Part shown: positions 58,748 to 64,000 of the stretch, piece after piece
Position numbering within the stretch: position 1 is the first letter of the stretch
Layout: each line of letters begins with the position of its first letter
Assembly: GCA_965644315.1 (NCBI GenBank)
Contig: CBFFRQ010000069.1
Location: 930,001-994,000 of the forward strand
Source: Caecitellus pseudoparvulus
Lineage: Eukaryota; Protista; Bigyra: Bicosoecida
Length of the DNA: 64,000 nt
Direction of reading: 5' to 3'
The notes under the pieces: generated by a model
Seen by the model: only the letters and a program-made list of their open reading frames with translations
The model's database searches: none
What the model was told of the DNA's origin: nothing
Position numbers and translations under genes: made by a program

Positions 58748-59458
58748 CTATGACGCGGTGTCACGCTCGTCCCCGAAGAAGTGGTAAAGGTACACCGGCG
58801 TTTTGACCAGGGCTGATGATGTGGCCCAGGCGACTGAGTGCGGAGCGCAGCACACCCCAGCAGGCACCCTGTACAGCACAGACACCATCCTAAGGACGGG
58901 GGCATCCGACCCTTTCATCTCTGCGGCGCGGGCACACTCGCAAGGCTCGCTTTCCGCGGCGGCGGCGCTGGGCACAGTCAGGGCTACCTGAGCCGTGCCA
59001 TGCTCGGCCTGCGCATCGCCACCCCTTGCTCGACGCCGCGCAGCTTCATCGAGCAAAAGGGGCACGAAGCGCTTCAAGCCACGCTCAATGAGGAACAGGA
59101 ATACAGCGCTGGGTTCGCCCAAGTCTGCGGTTGAGCAGGGCTTAGCTTGCATCAGGCCGCGTGGGTCTGGAGCAATTACCGCAGCCTCACCCGCTTCAAG
59201 GGCGTTCATGCAGCGAATGGAGATGGACTCCTGCAGGCCCGCCTCCTTCACAGCCTTTTCAGTTTCGGCAGCTCTGGCCTCGTTCACTTCCACGCCAATG
59301 CACGAGCAGCCATACTCCTGGGCCGCAGACATCAACACCCGTCCATCCCCGCAGCCAAAGTCTGCGAGCGTGTCATGTTTGCTTAGGTCCAGCAGCCGCA
59401 GCCCCTGCGCGACAGCTGCTTCAGGTGTGGTCCACAGCTTCCGCTGTGGTGCAAGCAT
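58748..59458 (-). CDS. Class I SAM-dependent methyltransferase (FAM173/ATPSCKMT-like); likely in-frame intron 59125-59190
   Basis: LWTTP, ADFGCGDGRVL, CIGVEVN, VFLFL and RMVSVLYRV. Confidence 0.85.
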   Translation of the reverse strand: MLAPQRKLWTTPEAAVAQGLRLLDLSKHDTLADFGCGDGRVLMSAAQEYGCSCIGVEVNEARAAETEKAVKEAGLQESISIRCMNALEAGEAAVIAPDPRGLMQAKPCSTADLGEPSAVFLFLIERGLKRFVPLLLDEAARRRARGGDAQAEHGTAQVALTVPSAAAAESEPCECARAAEMKGSDAPVLRMVSVLYRVPAGVCCAPHSVAWATSSALVKTPVYLYHFFGDERDTAS

Positions 59459-59590
59459 GGCTTTCTTAGGCCCCGCAAGTCTACCGTGCGAAGGTGGGCG
59501 ACGTGCTCTGTGCAGGGAAGGTGAGTCGGTTTGGGTGGTGGATTGTGGCTGCCGCTACCGCCTGTCGCAAGCCCCCTCTGATCAGTAGGC

Positions 59591-60723
59591 TCACCCACGC
59601 CACAGCTTCCGAATGGAGGAACTCCAGACGACGTCTGTTTCTGAGTTGTCCGGCACCTCCTCTGCCCAGTCTTTCCCTTGCCACATGGCCACGTTGATGC
59701 GGACGTGCTGCCCAACTGCCGTGTGGTCGAAGATCCAGTTGCCAGAGGACGTAAGGGTGATAATGGAGAAGGTGTCACGTACAATGACGTCTCCGTTTGC
59801 ATCGTACTCGCGGATGGGCACGAAGGGCTCCGGTTCCGGCTCAGGTGTTGGATCGGGCTTCTTGATCTTCTTCCGCTTGCGAACGATCTTCTTCTTCTTG
59901 ATCTTCTTCACCTTCTTGCCGGACTTCTTGCCTGCACTACCCTTCACTGGTGGAGAGGGTGCCACCTGCTCCCCCTGCGCTCCAGCCGCGCTGCTTCCGT
60001 CAGGTGACACGTCGACCTCTGCCGACGCTTCTTCATCTGCCAGGCGCGTTGCTTCCTCCTCTTCCTTGGCTTTGCGCCTGGCTTCCTTCTCCTTCCGGCG
60101 CTTGGCTTCACGTGCTAAGCGCCGGTCTCGCATGATCTCCCAGTCCTTTTTCCAGCGCTTCTTCTCTGCGGCCTCGGCGTCCAGCTCCTCCTTGCTCTTG
60201 CCTTGCCTCGTCAGCAACTTCCAGTTTTCCTCTCCCTCAACCTGTAAAGGGACGCAAGCATGTCAATGTGCAGTTGCCCCATGGGCATTGGAGGGCCCCT
60301 GCTCACCTCCAGATCCTGGACCAGGACATCCACCATGCGGCGCCAGAAAGCGCCTTCCCAGCGCCACACCATGCGCTTAGTGATTTCTCCAGTGGCCACG
60401 CCACCCAGAAAGGCTCGATTAAAGCGGTGTTTGCCTGTGTGCAAGCCCTTGAAGTCACCGGGCAGGGTCTTGTTCCCTTTCCACTGCCAGCCCCCCACGT
60501 ACATGCCGACGACGAAGGAGCAGCCCTCCTCTGTGTCGCAGCCTGCATCATTAGGGTGTGTCACATTCAGGCGCATGACAGAGGGCCCGTTCTCGCCTCG
60601 GTGGCCCCGCTGCAGGAGAGTCACGTTGGAGATGGGCACAGCACGCAGGGCAGCCGCCGCGGAGCACAGAGCCCAACTCGTGACAGCGGCCAGACAAACA
60701 GCAGCTGTGCGGCCCTGCATCAT
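59591..60723 (-). CDS. Uncharacterised signal-peptide protein with Lys/Glu-rich region; may continue into the methyltransferase by splicing
   Basis: Hydrophobic N-terminus (AAVCLAAVTSWALCSAAAA). An intron at about 60242-60306 joins ORFs 60211-60723 and 59591-60217. Confidence 0.65.
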
Positions 60724-61116
60724 GACAGACGAACTTCACACCCTGCGCGGCAGGTTGGGGGGGGCGGGTGTCTCTGCTGCTGCAGGGCTTGCTGCATGGC
60801 TTGCCACGGCTGGCAGGTCATTGGCACGTGGACACTTGACACGTGTTCACTCTGCCACAAGCGGTGGATGGCACTGCAGCCAGGCAGCAGACGCAAAGCA
60901 AACTTTTACATCACGCACAATGCAGAATGTCCAGACTGGGCCCAGCTGCGCAACTTCTGCGCCTCAAGGCTGCTGTCTTCGTTGCCAGTGCTGTTGGCGA
61001 AACACCGAAACGCAGGGCCGTGGTGAGCGCAGCCCCCGACTGCCAAGAACGGCGAGGGTGGGGCGGGCTGCCAGTCCACTGTGGCATGCATTGAGTAAAA
61101 CAAAATGTGGCGGCTA

Positions 61117-62184
61117 CTACTGGCTGGTCGTCATCCGCTCGTGGTGCCCTGCCGCAAGCGAATCACCCCCCACGAAAGCGCCCTCCTCCGCTTCACTGTC
61201 ATCCTCCTCTGTCCCGATAGCAAAGGTAGTCGAGGCAGGTGCTGGAGCAGGCGAGCGGGCATCAGGGGAAGGTGACAGCGTGTCCAGTTGGATGGTGGTG
61301 TCGCCTTCCTCCTCCCCTTGCACCAGTGGCGCATACTGCCCTGTGGAGCCCTGCCCCTGGCTGGGCTGTGTTGTGCCCACCCCGCCCCGTCGGAATGCCT
61401 TGGCAAAGGAGGAGAACCGGGAGGAAATGCCAGAACCGACGCTGCTCAAGCCACTTTTGAAGCTCTCCCAGGTGGAGGGGCCACTGGGCTGGGCTGGCTG
61501 CGAGGCGCCCTGGCTGCCGCTGCCTTGCAGCGCCGCTCGGCGTTCCTCACGGGTGGTGCCCTGCAGGTACTCCTGTTCGGCCTGCAAGTAGTCTGCGAAC
61601 TCCGGGTTGGCGCGGAGAGCCGCAATGAAGCGCTCATCCGCGAACATGGCCGCCATCTCCTCCTCGTCGAGGTCACGAAGGGGCGCCTCGGCTGTCGGCG
61701 GCGCGCGTGTCTGCTGGCCCCGCGCCAACACCGGCTCAGTGCCAGGGACTTTTAGGAAGTCTGCTGGGAGGGGCGTTCTCCAGCAATACTCAGAGCCTGG
61801 AACCACGATGCGCTGGGCGGCCCGGCGTCCGCGGCGTGGCGGAGCGGGCGCTTCTTCATATGGGCGCGGAGCCACAGGCGGAGCGTGCCTGCACAAGGCG
61901 GCAAGCAGAAGAGCATGAGGGCAGGCAGGACAGTGGGCGGATTCCAAGCAACGCACACGTCGCCTCCAGCCTGCACGTTCAGCAGTTGCTCCGTCGTGTG
62001 CTCCATGTGGCCCCCTGCACGTGGAGAGTTGTGCAGTGAAACGCCAGAGCCACCACGCCGCTGTTACGCGGCACCACGACGCACGGCACTGCCGCAGCAC
62101 GGCTTCAATGGTGACAGGGTCAATGTCCGGGAACATGGACTGCAGGGTGCTCATGGCTTCCTGCTTTGTGAGGGTGGCTGCCAT
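61117..62184 (-). CDS. CUE-domain (ubiquitin-binding) protein, CUEDC1-like
   Basis: LQSMFPDID..TIEAVL [intron] GHMEHTTEQLL matches the CUE MFP...LL signature; LPADFL motif follows. Confidence 0.8.
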   Translation of the reverse strand: MAATLTKQEAMSTLQSMFPDIDPVTIEAVLRQCRASWCRVTAAWWLWRFTAQLSTCRGPHGAHDGATAERAGWRRRVRCLESAHCPACPHALLLAALCRHAPPVAPRPYEEAPAPPRRGRRAAQRIVVPGSEYCWRTPLPADFLKVPGTEPVLARGQQTRAPPTAEAPLRDLDEEEMAAMFADERFIAALRANPEFADYLQAEQEYLQGTTREERRAALQGSGSQGASQPAQPSGPSTWESFKSGLSSVGSGISSRFSSFAKAFRRGGVGTTQPSQGQGSTGQYAPLVQGEEEGDTTIQLDTLSPSPDARSPAPAPASTTFAIGTEEDDSEAEEGAFVGGDSLAAGHHERMTTSQ

Positions 62185-62325
62185 GGTTGGAGGAGCAGCA
62201 AGACGCCACAAGTGCGCGGGAGGCGAAGGGAAGGCCGCGTGGGGTCAACGACGAAGGAATCGTACATTGCATGGCAAGCAGCGGTGGAGGTTCGTGGCGG
62301 AGTGTCGTTTTGTGCCGTGCGGTGC

Positions 62326-63978
62326 TCAGTGCTCCTGGCTCCACTGGATGGACTTCAGGTCAATGCCCTCCTGCACCATCTCCCACAGCGGCGACATCTC
62401 CCGCAGCCGCTGCACGTGCTTCACGCACAGGTCCACCGCCATGTCCACCTCTTCCTCCGTCGTGAAGCGCCCGATGCCGAAGCGGATGCTGGTGTGCGCG
62501 AGGTCCTCCTCCACCCCGATGGCCCGCAGCACGTAGCTAGGCTCCAGGCTGGCGCTGGTGCAGGCTGAGCCGCTGCTCACAGCCACGTTCTTCAGCGCCA
62601 TGAGGAGGCTCTCACCCTCCACGTACGCGAAGGAGATGTTCAAGTTGCCGGGGTACCTGGCGTCCTTGTCGCCGTTCAGCACGACGTCGTCCAGCTGGGA
62701 GGTGATGCCGTTGTACAGCCGCTCACCCAGCGCGCTCACCCAGGCTGTGTCAGCCTCCATTTCCTGCGCGGCCACGTCACAGGCGGCGCCCAGGCCCACG
62801 ACGAGGGGATGCGGCAGGGTGCCGGAGCGCAGGCCACGCTCCTGCCCCCCCCCTGAAATCAGCGGCTCCATGCGCACCCGAGGGCGCCGGCGCACGTACA
62901 GCGCCCCCACCCCCTTGGGGCCGTACAGCTTGTGCCCGGAGATGGACAGGGCGTCGATGTTGCAGGCGTTGACATCCAGGGGCATCTTGCCCACCATCTG
63001 CGCGGCGTCGCAGTGGAAGAACACCTTGTTGGCGCGGCACACCTTCCCGATGGCCTCCAGAGGCTGCACAACGCCAATCTCATTGTTCACGCCCATGATG
63101 CTGACCAGGGCAGTGTCGGGGCGGATGGCAGCCTCCAGCTGGGCCACGTCCACGAGGCCGTTGGACTGCACGGGCAGGTACGTGACGTCCCACCCCTCAG
63201 CTTCCAGCCACCTGCAGCTGTCCAGGACGCACTTGTGCTCTGTGGTGGTGGTGATGACGTGCTTCTTACGGTTGCGGTAGAAACGGGCAATGCCCTTGAT
63301 GGCTGCGTTGTTGCTCTCCGTGGCGCCCGAGGTGAAGACGACTTCCTTGGGGTTGGCGCCGATGAGGTCAGCCACTTGCTGCGTCGGGGTGTGTGCAAGC
63401 GGGGGGTGCGGTGGCGGGCTGGGCCGTGGAGCACACGCCACGTACCTTGCGAGCGACCTCCACGGCTTGCTCGGCTTCCCACCCGAAGGAGTGTGTCCGA
63501 GAGTGCGGGTTGCCGTACTGCTCAGTCATGAAAGGCATCATTGCATCCAAGACGCGGGGGTCCAGAGGCGTCGTTGCCTGGGGGGCATGCCAAGCGGTAT
63601 GCAGCCAGCGCGTTGTGGGTTGCGGAATTTGCCGACACACACCTGCATGTCCAGGTACGCAGGCCTGCCGGCCAAGGCCTGGCCCTTGATGGAGAAGCCA
63701 GGGGAGTGCACTGTGTCTGCCTGCATCCCGCTGAGGACAGACTCGGGCACCTTGCCCGAGGCTGAGTAGCGCTTGTCTGCGCCAAAGGCAGGAGGGGCGT
63801 GTTGCGAAGGTGGCGGACTGCAGCGCCGATTTCAGAGCCACCCACCCTTTGCCATCTGCTCAAAAGAGGTGGATGTCACAGGTTCTGTAGCCATGCATCG
63901 CATGAGCGGCGCCGTTCCAGTAGGAACCGCTCGCCGGGCGGCCAGTAGGCACGAAGTGGCAGCCCTTGCCAGAGCCAT
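62326..63978 (-). CDS. NFS1: Mitochondrial cysteine desulfurase (multi-exon)
   Basis: [55 protein letters not shown] and C-terminal IQWSQEH; N-terminal transit-like peptide from ATG 63978. Confidence 0.97.
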
Positions 63979-64000
63979 GGCGAGTTGCTGACGTGGTGCT

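Noticed and set aside
60260-61591. 443-aa plus-strand ORF
   Set aside because: It is antisense to two minus-strand genes and spans their intergenic region; no recognisable motifs; typical of high-GC shadow ORFs.
62326-63978. NFS1 as part of the CBS/desulfhydrase sulfur cluster
   Set aside because: It is about 29 kb away with unrelated genes in between, and is an ordinary housekeeping gene.

Overview
Gene-dense, GC-rich eukaryotic nuclear DNA with about 19 protein-coding genes, short GT-AG introns (about 60-120 nt, mostly near 5' ends) and very short intergenic gaps. It is most likely a flagellated protist; the YSPTSPA-type RPB1 CTD and gene style suggest a stramenopile (inference only). Genes in order: sirtuin (partial, missed by the ORF track), calmodulin/centrin-like protein, DUS3, CaMK-family kinase, EF-hand/WD40 protein, BTB protein, acylated EF-hand/EML5-6-like protein, RPB1, cystathionine beta-synthase, D-cysteine desulfhydrase-like enzyme, a G6PD-hexokinase fusion, DDX55/Spb4, NEK kinase, Oxa1, a 5,000-aa LRR/IQ/WW/EF-hand protein, a SAM methyltransferase possibly spliced to an upstream signal-peptide protein, a CUE protein and NFS1. 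The top finding is an in-frame fusion of a complete glucose-6-phosphate dehydrogenase to a complete hexokinase. Other notable observations are an RPB1 lacking the first clamp zinc site, an animal-type heme motif in CBS, a candidate AATGCA 3'-end signal and a recurrent CAAWTTCCGC promoter motif. No CRISPR array, rRNA, tRNA or transposon was recognised.
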